Part shown: positions 13,345 through 28,531 of the stretch, piece after piece | Layout of the letters: the number at the start of each line of letters is the position of its first letter | How positions within the stretch are numbered: the stretch's first letter is position 1 | Assembly (NCBI GenBank): GCA_951406725.2 | Contig: OX597823.1 | Coordinates: 66,588,001 to 66,652,000, forward strand | Direction: 5' to 3' | Source: Octopus vulgaris | Taxonomy: Eukaryota | Length of the DNA stretch: 64,000 nucleotides | Notes under the pieces: model-generated | What the model was told of the DNA's origin: nothing | What the model saw: only the letters and a program-made list of their open reading frames with translations | The model's database searches: none | Position numbers and translations under genes: made by a program

Positions 13345-13538
13345 TCACCGTGACCGTTTGCATTGTTTTAGCCTTCGAACAAGCGAGCAGGCCAACAGAA
13401 GAAAGAGTGAGAGAAAGAGTGGTGAAAGAATACAGCAGGGATCACCACCTCCTGCCGGAGCCTCGTGGAGCTTTTAGGTGTTTTCGCTCAATAAACACAC
13501 ACAACGCCCGGTCTGGGAATCGAAACCACGATCCTCCA
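13345..13538 (-). mobile_element. Inverted partial copy of the adjacent SINE C
   Basis: Reverse complement of about 13084-13320 with a ~40-nt deletion near the 3' end and about four substitutions. Confidence 0.9.
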
Positions 13539-13565
13539 CACATATATATAAATACGCCTCCACAC

Positions 13566-13687
<122 letters not shown>

Positions 13688-13829
13688 TATACACATAACA
13701 GATATATATATATATATACAATATATATTCACATACACAAATACATACGCACATACGCATTATACATACACAAATACACACACACATTTATATGTATATT
13801 GAGAAACTACTTTTCTTTTTATACATACC

Positions 13830-14490
13830 TCATTGAATACAGGATTGTATTCAAGTTTTATCGTTTCTTTGGCTTTTGTTTTACATATTCCATATTCTGT
13901 TATGAGCGTTTTACAGTTGGCTTGGAACAGTAGATTTCCTAAATCCATATCTGAGTTTTCTAGACCTTCACATTCTTATTATCGAGAATTGAACACGATG
14001 TTTCTGACGGCTGTTTTGCCTCTTATCGGAATTCAGTTGTATATTTCAATATTTTAGCTGTTATATCGTGTATATTTATGTTTCTGTCTATGCCGAACAG
14101 CTTTACTTTTATATGTTTCCTTAAATAGACGTCCAAAATTTATCTATTTTATTTTATATCTTTCACATTTACTTGTTTGCTTTTTACAGGTGGTTTGGAA
14201 CAGAAGAGTGCCTAAATCCATATGCGACGTTTCAATGCCTTCACAGTCTCATAAAATTACGTGATATAAACTCATAACAGCGAAAAATGTTCGACAGAAA
14301 TTCCGATAAGAAACAAAACAAACGTCTCCATATATTCAATTCTTGATAATGAGAAAGTACAGGTGTGTAAAAGTCGGATATGGATTTAAGAACTATACCG
14401 TTTCAAACCAAATGGAAGAAGTTAATGAGAAAATATCAAGAATATAAAGTATAAAAGATAAAACTTGAACATATTTGTGTATTTAATGAA
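13830..14490. repeat. Old diverged inverted repeat with a third direct partial copy
   Basis: About 13830-14075 versus 14260-14490 inverted (CCTAAATCCATATCTGA / TCGGATATGGATTTAAG; CTTATCGGAATT / AATTCCGATAAG); direct copy at about 14180-14250. Confidence 0.7.
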
Positions 14491-14522
14491 ACCCTCTCAC
14501 ACACACGCATCTCTCTCTCTCT

Positions 14523-14573
<51 letters not shown>

Positions 14574-14689
14574 CATATATATATATAAATATTCACATAT
14601 TTGTGTGTGTATCCTATATATCCATATATTTATATCTATATACATCTTTATATTTTTATATATGTATATATAAATGCATCTCTCTCCTC

Positions 14690-15033
14690 GTCTGAATTTA
14701 TATATATATTTGTCCTCTTTTTACCGTTCTTCTACTTTCACTTTTCTCCTTTTGTCGCCACCATTTACACCTACATAAACATTCACACCCCCTCATCATG
14801 CCTGACAGCCACTCCTTCCTCCAACACCTTCAATCCATTCTTACCGCGTGTGTATCGTTATCGATTTTTCCTCCTTCCTTGGATTTTCCTTTCCCTATGT
14901 TTCTGACGGAGAGCTCCACTCGAAGCGTTAAATCCCCCTTCTTTCTTTCCTTTCCTGGGCGTCTAATAGCACTATGCTTGTTCCACATCCTCGCGTTGTT
15001 GTGTTTTCTCTTTGTGTTTTCATGTTTGGATTA

Positions 15034-15038
<5 letters not shown>
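14690..15038 (+). mobile_element. PLE-like pyrimidine-rich 3' terminus ending at (TA)n
   Basis: C/T-rich UTR-like sequence containing a decayed minimal hammerhead, followed by (TA)n. Confidence 0.55.
14899..14933 (+). ncRNA. Decayed minimal type I hammerhead ribozyme
   Basis: GTTT-CTGACGgA-GAG ctcca CTC-GAAg-CGTT-AAA; two core substitutions. Confidence 0.5.
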
Positions 15039-15088
<50 letters not shown>

Positions 15089-15189
15089 TTATCTTTTATT
15101 AAACTTTTAATACTTTTGATATATATATAAAAAAAAAATAATAAATAAATAAATAAATTAATTAATAAAATAATATATAAATATAAAAT

Positions 15190-15231
<42 letters not shown>

Positions 15232-15466
15232 ATATATATATATATATAAAATTTATAAGTTTAAATTATTTAAATAATTTTTTATTTTTAACTTTTATAT
15301 TTTAAATTAATTTTATGTATTGGCTTATGTTTTTCACTGTTTGATTTGCCTAATAGTGGTTTTATCTCTAATTCAATATAATATAATATAATATATTTAT
15401 ACTATAAAATTTGATTTAATCCTAAATCTAATTTTTCCCTGTAAGTTTGGATTTATTCCCTAATAT

Positions 15467-15514
<48 letters not shown>

Positions 15515-15530
15515 ATATATCATACGTATG

Positions 15531-15735
15531 TATCATCATCATCATCGTCATTAATCATCATTTAGCGTCCTTTTTCCATGCTGGCATTGGTTAGACGATT
15601 TGACAGGGACCGGTAGGCCAGAGAGATGCACTGAACTTCAATCTATTTTGGTTTGGTTTCTACGGTAGGATGTCCTTCCTAATGTCAACCAGTCCACAAA
15701 GTGTAGTGAATGCCCTTTACATGTTACAGGTACTA
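15531..15735 (-). mobile_element. Decayed retroposon 3' fragment with (GAT)n tail (RTE-type tail)
   Basis: CATCATCAT..TTTAGCGTCC..TTCCATGCTGGCAT..GGTTTCTACGG..GGATGTCCTTCCTAATGTCAACC. Confidence 0.5.
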
Positions 15736-15809
15736 GCCTCAGCTACGATTTGACTTATCTTTACGTGTCTCCTCAGCCACACCAAGTAGCCCAACAGTCA
15801 AAATTATAT

Positions 15810-15995
15810 GAAACTGGGGGCAACGAGATCGAACCATCTCAAGTGTAACTGCCCGTGATGGCCGAAACTTCTGGAACTTGACTGAGGAAAGAAATCCACG
15901 AATGACTCGTCTGTTTGTTGTTTCTCTTGTCCGCCTCTGTATCGTCTATCTGTCCGAATGTCTTAATGTCCTCTATTGTGTTTTTGTTCCATCCA
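15810..15995 (+). mobile_element. TA-inserted PLE-like terminus with rearranged hammerhead-like motif (copy 2)
   Basis: GGGCA..CCAT-C-TCAAG-TGTAAC-TGCCC-GtgATGG..CTTGA-CTGAGGA; ends at (TA)n. Confidence 0.55.
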
Positions 15996-16059
15996 TATAT
16001 ATATATATATATATATATATAGCAGCGTACGTACATCCTTGTGCTCACCATATATTAGG

Positions 16060-16761
16060 TATGAATCTAAATTTTGTACGATTTTACTCTTTTATTCCAC
16101 CTCTCATCTTTCTTCCTTTTTCTCGCTCCCCCTCTCTTACATTTCTTGGCCTACTCTTTCTTTAACTCCCACTATTTTCCACTCGTTTATTTCCCCTGTA
16201 CCTTTCCCTTTGTCACTGATTTTTTTTCTAATCCTTCAATCCCGCTGCCCCCTACCCATCTCTCCTCCTTCCACGCGACCGGTGTCCGGCCAGCCATGAT
16301 CTTTCTTTCTTTCTTGGCTTGACTACCGACCGCCAACACCTCTTATATCCATCTATGTTCCTGCCCTTAGGCTTTCACTTCATACACGCCAGCTCAATTT
16401 GATTCGATGTCAGTCGAAAGACATTTTTTGTTATTTCTTGTTTGTATTCGTAATTGTGTACCACGTTCTCCGGTTTTTTGTTTGTTTGTTTGTTTGTTTT
16501 TATCTTTGTTGCCATACACATTTGCTAGCTTCCTTACAAATAGATCTAATGCTCTTAGCTTAGACTTTTTGGGGAACAACCAGATCGAGCCATCTCAAGT
16601 GTAACTGCCCGAAACTGTCGTGACTTCTGGAACTCGATTGAGGAAAGAAAGCCACGAATGACCCGTCTTTTTTTGCCAGTCCTTCTAATTGTCGTTTCTC
16701 TTGTCCGCCTTTGTGTCGTCTGTCTGTCCGAATATTTTAATGTCCTTCATTGCGTTTTTGT

Positions 16762-16765
<4 letters not shown>
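16060..16765 (+). mobile_element. Longer PLE-like 3' terminus (pyrimidine-rich UTR + rearranged hammerhead-like motif, copy 3)
   Basis: 16560-16765 is homologous to 15810-15995 and retains TGCCC-GAAA; flanked by (TA)n. Confidence 0.55.
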
Positions 16766-16859
<94 letters not shown>

Positions 16860-18289
16860 CATTAATATACATATATACCCATTATATACGCTCGCACACG
16901 TATACTCATAAATATGAATATATACTTCCCCTCAAAATACACACACATCTGCACACACACGCATACAATTAAACTAACAAGCAAACAAAGAACTTATGCA
17001 AAGTTAGTGTTTAAGTAAATGTTGTTTTTTTTTTGGTGAAAGATATTATTGCCGCTGTTGGTGTTCTTTCACCATAGATCTTCCATAATAAAGGTGTCTT
17101 ATGATGAAACTAATTTCGACTGTGGCATTCTCATTATTTTCCTGTGTCTAGAGAACTCAGGACATTATCCAAACTATGGGATGTTAGGCTGTGATTTTAA
17201 CGGAAATTGGACGGATTGCGTTCCAGAATGACGACCGATTCCGCAGATGCTGAGGATGTTTATGGTGGTGGTTATAATTCTGACGTAGAATAGTAGTAGT
17301 ATTGAGAAAAGCGTATAGGGTGTAAAGTGTAAAGAGCCCCTTCGGTCATGACAGGCCATGAGATTGCACCTAGAAAGTTCTCCTCCAAAGCACAATTCTC
17401 GGCAAGTTTATTTGTGGAAAAAAAGGGAGATAAGAAGGAAAAGAAAGAAAAGAAAAAACTATGGGATGGGGTAACAGCAGAAAATGAAGGGAAAGGGGGC
17501 GATGGGTCACATACTCCAGAATGACCATGATGGTGTTCCCACGGAGAATTTCCAGCAAAACTCACTGCAGCAGCCACTGCACTTCGCGGGATTCATTTCA
17601 CCGACGGACCGACGTTATCCATATTTTGCGAAGGAAATCCGTAGTACGGTGTTCCAGAACACCTAACGACTCAACGGCGACCGGGACACACTGATAGCGG
17701 TCGGTCTGGACCTTATGTTTACTGAGAAGCGGGCGGTGACACCGGATTTGCAGCCGATGCTGAAAGGTTGTTGCCAGAGAAGGTGTTGGTGCACTTCGTG
17801 TCCCAAATTCAACAGTAATTACTCGGATAAATGTGAATTTGTTGTCGGAGTAAACACAGAAGAGTTGCAGTTTTAGAAGCAGTTTTCCATAATTATTTCC
17901 ATTCTGGCTGAGTTTTGAAGCGGTTTTCAAATTTACAAGGCAGTTGACCTTGAAAACAATGCAATATTTCCTTTTCTCTCTGAAATAACTACATCGGATT
18001 TATTATGTTTACACTTAGCAAAAATTTTGACGGAAATTTTCTACCAATATCCCTTATGTCGACGTGCATGTATTTCCTATAGATGGTATTTTGTCCTGAA
18101 AATAACATTATATCACATTGGATATATATTTGGTCATGTGTAATGTCCTTTACCTATGTGTACGTGAGAATGTTTATATATATGTACATATACTTTTTTT
18201 TTATTTGTTTCAGTCATTTGTAAAGCAGCCATGCTGGAGTACTGCCTTGAAAATATATGTGCTTGTGTGTGTGTTAATGTGCGCACGTG

Positions 18290-18359
<70 letters not shown>

Positions 18360-18790
18360 TACATACATGCATATAAGTAGTACACATACGCAGCGATAGA
18401 AAGCATTACTCAAAACCAAAAATATGAAAGTGTTACCTTCCTTTGTGATATAATATTATTTTCAAAACAAAATACTCTACCATCTATAGGAAAGGCTCGG
18501 CTGTTGCTGGACAAATACATGTTTGTCAACACTAGGGATATTGGTGGAACATTCTTAGCAAAATTGCTGGCAAGTTTAAACATAATAAACCCGGTATAGT
18601 TCTTGTAGTCATAAAGAAAATTCTGTACATTTAGAGTTGAGATGTGTAGATATGAAAGACTCATAAACAATCATGCACGCACACACATACATTCACGCAC
18701 GCACGCACACACACACATGCACACACAAACACATACACATGCACACGCGCAAACACACACACAAACATATATATATATATATATATATTT

Positions 18791-20245
<1,455 letters not shown>

Positions 20246-20288
20246 AATAATATATATAAAAGATATATAAAAATAACATATATATAAA

Positions 20289-20353
<65 letters not shown>

Positions 20354-20359
20354 ATGTAT

Positions 20360-20730
20360 TTCTCTTACTTTTCTCAGTCATTACAATGCGGGCATGCGGG
20401 CGCACCGCCTTGAAGTACTTTTAGTTGAATGTTTCGAACCAAGGTCTTATTATTTAAAGTCTGTTACTTATTCTATCGGGCTCTTTTGCCGAACCGCCTG
20501 GTTATGAGGACGTAAACACACCAGTGCCGGTTACCAAACGGTGTGCGCGGGGGACAAATGCAGATATAGTGAGACACATAAATATAGATATATATGCATA
20601 TATACAGGTTTCTTTCAGTTTCCGTCCACCGAATCCACTACTCACAAGGGTTGGTCAGCTGGAGGCTATAGTAGAAGACACTTGCCGAAGTTGACTCGCA
20701 GCGAGACTGAACCGGAACCATATGGTTGGA
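20360..20730 (-). mobile_element. SINE family B, 5'-truncated
   Basis: Matches 11283-11743. Confidence 0.85.
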
Positions 20731-21164
20731 ACGGGCAGCAGAAGCCGCATGAATGAGGTGGAGCGATAGCAGCTCTCTAATACCCCTAGATTTCCGAGGC
20801 CGCATGTGGGCTACACTGGAAATATCAGCTGGTGTCAATTCCGCAGACCGAGAGGGCGGGGAAATCTTTGAAGCACCTTCGGTGATAACGATCGGGGACT
20901 GGAATCAAACCGTGAACCAGGAATTCCCGAGAATCAAGGATTTGAGATTAAATGTATTTCTGTATACACGGATATATGTCAGTATGTATATATGGCATAT
21001 CATCGTGAACAATACCTTCGACTCGTGTTAAATAAACACACCTACAAAACAGAAAACGAAAATAAGAAAACTATTTTAAGTAAAGTTTTAAAATGACATG
21101 GTTATGTCTTTTTAAGTTTAGTTTTCAACTATGTGAATATCAACAACTGCAAGTATGATACTGA

Positions 21165-22057
21165 TTTCAAATTTTTGTCACAAGTTCTGCATTTTAGGGA
21201 AGGGGATAACTCGATTACATCGACCCCAGCGTTCATCTGGTAAATTGCTCATCGTCCCCGAAGGGATGACAAGCAAAGTCGACCCTGGCAGCATTTGACT
21301 GTAAAATGAGAAGAAATGTCGTATTTTTGTGCCGGCACCTAGCGCTAAGCAAGAATAATAATGGCTTAAAATTTTGTTACAACGCTTGCGGCCTTATGTG
21401 AGGGGTATGTCGATTACATCGCCCTTACTGCTGAAATGATGAATATTTTATCGAACCCGAATTGATAAAATGGTAAAGTTAATCACGATGGGATTTGAAC
21501 TCAGAACAAAACAAGTCGGAAGAAATTCCGCTAAACGATTTTTCGCATGCAGAAACGATTCGCCAGCTTACCGTTTTAACAAAAAACAACAACAACAACA
21601 ACAACAATAGGCAGAAGGCAGGAATTTTTGGGGCAGAGACCTGTCGATTACATCGGTTTCAGTGGGTAACTGGTAGTTATTTAATCGACCTCGAAAGAAT
21701 GAAATCAGCCTCGGCAGTATTTGAACTCAGAACAGTAAGACGGACGAAATAACACAAAGCATCTTGCACGGCGTGATAACACTTCTGCCAGCTCACCGCC
21801 TTAGCAATAATAATAACCCTTTGTAATAAAGGCACAAGGCCTAAAATTTTGAGGGCTGGTGTAAGTCTGATATATCGATCCCAGTGTTTCACTGGTATTT
21901 AATTTATCAACCTTGAACGGCAAAGTCAACCTCAGTGGAATTTGTCCTCAGAACATCTTTAAAACAGAAGAACTGCCGCTAAGCATTTTCCTCGGGGTGC
22001 AAACGGTTCTGCCAGCTCGCCGCCTTAACAATAATAATAATAATAATAATAATAATG

Positions 22058-22138
<81 letters not shown>

Positions 22139-23460
22139 AGGGTTTGAGTTGGCGAGCTGGCGGAATCGTTAGCACGCCGAGGAAAATGCTTAGCGGCAAT
22201 TTGTACTCTTTACGTTCTGTTTTCAAACTCCACCGAGATCGACTTTGCCTTTCATCTTTATCGGGGTCGATGAATTTAGTACCAGTGAACCGATGGGGTC
22301 GATGTAATCGACTAGCCCCCTTTGCCAAAAGTTCAGGCCTTGTGCCCATAGTAGAAAGTATTATTATGATAAGGTTTAAAATTTTGGCATAAGGCCAGCA
22401 ATTCTAAAGGATGCGACCATAGAAAATCGACCTTATTACATGAATGATACTTTATTTTATAGATACCGAAAGAATGAAAGACAAAGTTTTGAACTCAGAA
22501 CGTATAAAGATACATCAAATGATATAAGGTATTTTGCTGACGCTGAAGCTATTCCGCAAGCTCACCGCCTTTAATAACTTCTAATTTTGAGGGGTAGGAG
22601 TTAGGTGATAATATCGATTCCAGTATATGAGAGGTATCAACCCAGGAGAGACGAAAAGCAATGTTGATCTTGACGCGTTTTGAACTCAGCATATACAGAT
22701 GAATAAGAAAATAAATTTTCCAGTACGCTGGCGTTTCTGCCAGTTCGCCATCCTTAAAATAGTTATCTCTAACTAAGGCATATCACCAGAACTTTGCATG
22801 AAGTGTATGACCGACAGTGACGGCTCCAGTACAAGTGAAACACTTGTACTTTATTTTATTGACCCGAAAATATTGAAATTTGGTACTTATTTTATCAACC
22901 CCGAAAGGATGAAAGGCAAAGTGGACCTCGGCGAAATTTGAACTCAGAATGTGAAGACGGACGAAATACCTATTTCTTTACTACCCACAAGGGGCTAAAC
23001 ACAGAGGGGCCGAACAAGGACAGACAAACGGATTAAGTCGATTATATCGACCCCAGTACGTAACTGGTACTTAATTTATCAACCCCGAAAGGATGAAAGG
23101 CAAAGTCGACCTCGGCAGAATTTGAACTCAGAACGTAGCGGCAGACGAAATACCACTAAGCAATTTTACCCGGCCTGGAAACGATTCTGCCCGTTTGCTG
23201 TCTTGCTTTGATCCGAAAATATTAAAAGCAGAATTTACGCCAGCGAGATTTGAAACTGGAACGTAGACCTTAATATTATTTATCCGACGTTCTAACGATT
23301 CTAGCCATCCTCACCCCACACAAATAATAATTGTTTCCATCATAAGCACAAGACTTGAAATCTGGCGGACAGAGTCAGTCAATTAAATTGCCTACGGTAC
23401 ATGTTGGCGCTATAATTTGTAGACACCTGAAAGATGATAGGAAAAGTCACATTCGCCGTC
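21165..23460. mobile_element. Cluster of about ten SINE family A copies (mostly minus strand) interspersed with (AAT)n
   Basis: Recurrent CCCCGAAAGGATGAAAGGCAAAGTCGACCTCGGC..TTTGAACTCAGAAC; one plus-strand copy at about 22140-22365. Confidence 0.85.
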
Positions 23461-23976
23461 TCTTCACCGCGTAATCACGGAGACGCTAAACATTAAAAAG
23501 ATAATAACGATGAGAAAAGTAACAGCGTAGAGAATAAAAGTTACGATGAGCAGCATTGCAGCAATGTGTTGAGTTTTACAGAGATAGTGGTAATGATTTC
23601 TTGCCACAAGGTCTGAACTAGCACTACGTTAGAATACAATGCAATTGGCGCAATGTATACAAATTGAATAGAGAAGAAAACGTATAATTGCAGCAGGGAA
23701 ATAAACGTTTATTAGAGAAAAAAAATCAATGAAAAATATAACAGTGGGCACAGTACATATACACACAAACGTACATATAGGCACACACAGAGTACATACA
23801 CACACACACACACACATATAGATACGCAGATATTACGTACTCAGAAAACACACACCACACACACACACACACGCACATACACACGCACAAGAAATATACA
23901 TATGCACAAATATAGACAAATGAATGGAACTGATGAGGACGGTGACATTGATGACAATGAAGTCGAGGTTGATCCT

Positions 23977-23978
23977 CC

Positions 23979-24010
<32 letters not shown>

Positions 24011-24066
24011 TTGCTGCTGCTGCTGTTGCTGCTGCTGCTGTTGCTGCTGCTGCTGTTGCTGCTGCC
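23977..24066. repeat. (GCT)n compound microsatellite with a 15-bp period
   Basis: (GTTGCTGCTGCTGCT)n read directly. Confidence 0.95.
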
Positions 24067-24329
24067 ACGAATGATGATGATATTAATGATGGTGCTTACT
24101 ACGACAGCAATAATAGCGTGATGATGCACGAACAAACACACACACACACACACAGAGAGGCACACATAGATATATATATGTATACATATACATATATATA
24201 TATATATATGTATGTATATACATATATAAATTCTTGTCAGTACAAATATCTATCTACATAAGTCTTGTGAGACACGCATATACACACACATACGTATGTA
24301 TGTATGTGTGTGTGTGTATATATATATAT

Positions 24330-24705
24330 ACTCTTTTACTCTTTTACTTGTTTCAGTCATTTGACTGCGGCCATGCTGGCGCACCGCATGACTTATTCTT
24401 TCTAAGCCTAATACTTATGCCATCGGTCTCTGTTTACCGAACGTTACGGGGACGTAAACACACCACAATCGGTTGCCAAGCTATGTTGGGGGGACAAACA
24501 CAGACACACAAACATATACACACACATATATATATACATATATACGACAGGTTTCTTTCAGCTTCTGTCTAACAAATCCACTTACAAGGCATTGGTCGGC
24601 CCGAGGCTATAGCAGAAGACAGTTGCCCAAGGTGTCACGCAGTGGGAATGAACCCGGAACCATGTGGTTGTTAAGCAAGCTACTTACTACACAGCCACTC
24701 CTGTT
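24330..24705 (-). mobile_element. SINE family B
   Basis: Matches 11283-11743. Confidence 0.88.
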
Positions 24706-24820
24706 CCTATATATACATACATTTATATATATGTGTGTGTACATATATATGTATAGACAGAAAGAAAGACAGTTTATATAGATAGATAGAAAGAGAGAGA
24801 AAGAGAGAGAGAGAGAGAGG

Positions 24821-24910
<90 letters not shown>

Positions 24911-25822
24911 TCAAACGTATCAATATATCTCATTAAAAAATGGGTGAGTTAAACAACGACAACTTAATAAGATAATATAATGTTTCAGCAACAAATATTA
25001 TAATACCGGTACTTAATTTACCGAAATGCGTGTATCTTTTATTAAGCAAAATATATGGTATATGGTTTCTAAATTTTGTAAATACTATTACAGCTATAGT
25101 AGAAGACACTTGCCCATGGTGCCATGCAGTGGGGCTGAATTCGGAGCTAGGCGAGTGAATTTATGTTATAAAACCGTTAAAGCACTCAGAGCATTTGTCC
25201 TTGCGTTCAGTACAATGAATTACAATTCCGTCAAAGTTATCAGTGCCTTTCGTATTTTCGACGTCGATGGCATACTATCACAGTCGAACCCGCTTGCCCC
25301 GCAGCATATATGTCGGTTGTTTCTTTTGTAAGTTCAAATCCCCTTTGGCTAATAAAGTGGGTAGACTTCACACCACTACCGTACAATTTGGGTGTTCTTA
25401 GCTGAATGGTCACTATTGCAAGAATTCAGGCATGGTTTCCTGTTTGAAAATTCTTCCGAGAGAGACAGAGAGATTAGGAGCAGGAAGTTGCAAAAATATT
25501 TTTGTGTTATTTATTCACCGTTACACGGTATTTTATTCTATGTCAGAAGAATATCTGATAGGAAATTTCTTTCATCTTTATCTAGCATGTACACTTTTAT
25601 AATTCCTATCAGCAAACGAAACAAATGTAATGGTGAATAAACAGTACAAAATTATTTTTCCAGCTTCCTAATTTGATATAAAATAACTGTACTACGTATT
25701 TCTAGAATTTTCAATCCTAATAAAGTACTTCACAGAAACATAACGACTACGTACTCGATTATAATACTGCAATAAGCAAATAAGCCTTAAGAGGTCACAG
25801 TTTATATTTTAAGCCTACCAAC

Positions 25823-25873
<51 letters not shown>

Positions 25874-25919
25874 AAACAAGTAAAAAATAGAAAATGCTAA
25901 AATAATTTTATAGTGAACA

Positions 25920-25963
25920 TTTCAGTACCGGTTTCGGTCATTTTGAGACCTTTTCAACTGTAA
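25920..25963 (-). ncRNA. Minimal type I hammerhead ribozyme, U3-A8 variant (inverted-arm copy)
   Basis: Exact reverse complement of 32497-32540. Confidence 0.75.
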
Positions 25964-26685
25964 CGATTAAATAATTAAATTTAGGAAAATTAGAAGAAAA
26001 GTTTTTTTAAAAGAATATTTCTATAGTAGTGTTCAGATTTAAGTGGCATTCTGCCTTTCTCTGACTCCCTTGTTTGCACTTGTGTGTTCGAGGTAGTTGT
26101 GAGTTCTTGGTAGGGTAGTAGAGGGAAGGCTGGTGAGGAAAGGGGGTGGGATAATCTGGGAGTGCCCTGATGGTCGTATTTTGAATGGTCAGTGGCGGCT
26201 GGCAGTCTCAGTTCAATTCAGGAGAATATTTATATTGACAGGCTTGTTTATAGAATTAGCGTAGGTGTTATACTAAAAAACATTAGTGACAAACTTAAGG
26301 GGTAGGGGGTGGAGAAGAAGAAGAAGAAGAAGAAGAAGAAGAAGAAGAAGAAGAAGAAGAAGAAGAAGGAGAAGGAGAAGGAGAAGATGATGGTGATGGT
26401 GGTGATGATTATGACGACGATGATGATGATAACGATGATGATGAAGAAGAAGAAGAAGAAGGAGGAGAAGGAGAAGATGGTGGTGATGATGGTGGCGATG
26501 ATGATGACGCCGATGATGATGATAACGATGATGATGAAGAAGAAGAAGAAGAAAAAAACAGAGAAGGGAGAATATGAATGGGTGTAAATATAGCTATGAA
26601 GGGGCTGATTAGTAATGGATTCTATGGAGTGTAGTATTTGTGTGTGTATATATATTTTTTTCTTTTATTCTAAAGTTGAGGTATA

Positions 26686-28523
26686 TTAATTGTTTGTCGT
26701 AGACCCGTTAAGAAGTGGCTTGTATTTTGTAATAAAGAGATTTTCTTTACTTATTCTTTGTCTCGAGGTTGTATCGTCCCTAAATTGGTAGAGGGGGAAA
26801 ATTCTGAAGTTTGGTGTTTTTTGTTGGCGCAAGTATCTATGTGTTGGCTAAAAGCTATTTTTCTGTTTTGGGGAATTTTTATCTGGGATCTGTGCAGGGC
26901 CATTCGTTTACGCAAACCATTTTTTGTTTGGCCTATGTACTGCTCTTGACACCCGGAGCAGGTTAGTGAGTATATTAGGTTCTCCGAAGCACATGTGAAG
27001 TTGCTTTTCACTGTAAACCGTTGTCCCTGTTTGAAGGAGAACTCAGAACCCTCGATTAGATAGTCGCATATCCCGCAATTGGGTCTTCCACATTTTTTTA
27101 CTGTCGGCTTCTGTGTTGAAGAGTGAATTCGGGCTTGTGTAAGGAGACTTTTCATGGATCTAGGCTGTCTTTTGCTTTTTATGATCGTGTGTGTTTGGAG
27201 GATTGTGTTCATTCTGTGGTCTTTTTTTAGGAGGGGTATGTTGTGGAGGATGGTGTCGAAGGCTTCGTTATTGAGAGGGTTGTGTGTGGAGATGTATGGT
27301 AAGGCTTTTGGTTGTAAGTTTTTCTTTGATTTGGGATGTCTCAGTTCCTTGATGTTAAGTTGAAGGGCACGTTGAATGCACTTGTCAATAAGTGAAGGTG
27401 GATAGTTCCTGGTGATTAGGGTATCTTTTAGTTCTTGTAGTCGTGTGTCTCTGGTGTTTGCGTTAGAGACTATAGTGCATATCCTTTTTGCTAGATTGAA
27501 GGGGATATTCATCCTGGTGTGTCTGGGGTGGCATGAATTGAATGGAAGATATTGCTTAGAGTCTGTAGGCTTATAGTATATGTCTGTTTCTATTATATTA
27601 TTAGCTTTCTTAATGAGGATATCGAGGAAGGGGAGTTGTTGTTGGCTATATTCCATCGTGAATTGGATGTTTACGTCCAGTCCGTTTAAAATTTTCTGGA
27701 ATTCTATGAGTTTTTCTATATTTTTATGCCAAAGGATGAAACAGTCATCTAGATATCTCTTCCAGTTGTTTTCTATGTAGATGGAGAAAGGGCTGCCATA
27801 TCTTTCTAGAACCTTACGATACAGACTGATCTCTATAAATTCTATGACTAGGTTGGCAAAGGAGGGGGCCATTCGTGTACCCATCGCAGTCCCCGATTTT
27901 TGTCGGTAGAAGTTGTCATTGAAGGCGAAGAAGTTATTTTCCAGGATGAATTTAACCCCTTCTATCACAAATTCTTTTTTGATGCGGTGTGGTAGTTCGT
28001 TGGCGTGATTCTCTAGCCAGAATTGGATTGCCTCTAGTCCTAGGTTGTGGGGGATATTGGAGTAGAGGTTGACTACATCGAAGGATACCAGTATGGTGTT
28101 TTTGTTTATAGTATTCGGTAGGTGATTGAGCATATCTAAGTCGTCCCTTATATAGCTTTTGACATGTTTGAGGAGTGGTTTTAACAGGGTGTCTAAAAAG
28201 TTACTGAGGCGGTGGGTTTCGCATGCGGGACCTGCTATTATGGGTCTCAATTTGAGGTCATTAGGATTAGGGACTTTAATTATTTTGTCTGTAGCTATCT
28301 TGCATGCGTTGCTTATTTTTTCACTTTTGTGGATCTTAGGTATACCGTAGAATTGGCTAGTTTTACTTGTGAAATTGGTCATATAATCATATTCTTTGTC
28401 GGTGAGCCCTGCTTTGTATGGGTTTAATATGGATTTTAGTTCCCTCATTATTTTTTGTTGACTGTAGTTTTGTGCCTTTTCATAGTATGTTGTGTCTTCC
28501 AGCATAGAAAGTACCAAAGTTAT
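26686..28523 (-). pseudogene. 5'-truncated inverted duplicate of the PLE RT/GIY-YIG ORF
   Basis: Protein identical to ORF 29623-31776 from ITLVLSML onward until a 1-nt deletion in an A7 run (about 26817-26822) shifts the C-terminus. The MICSIVV start in the ORF track is junction-derived. Confidence 0.92.
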
Positions 28524-28531
28524 CATACCAA

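Noticed and set aside
15890-15910. HDV-like ribozyme suggested by conserved CGAATG (J4/2-like)
   Set aside because: I could not build P1/P1.1/P2/P3, and the hammerhead-element interpretation explains the pairings better.
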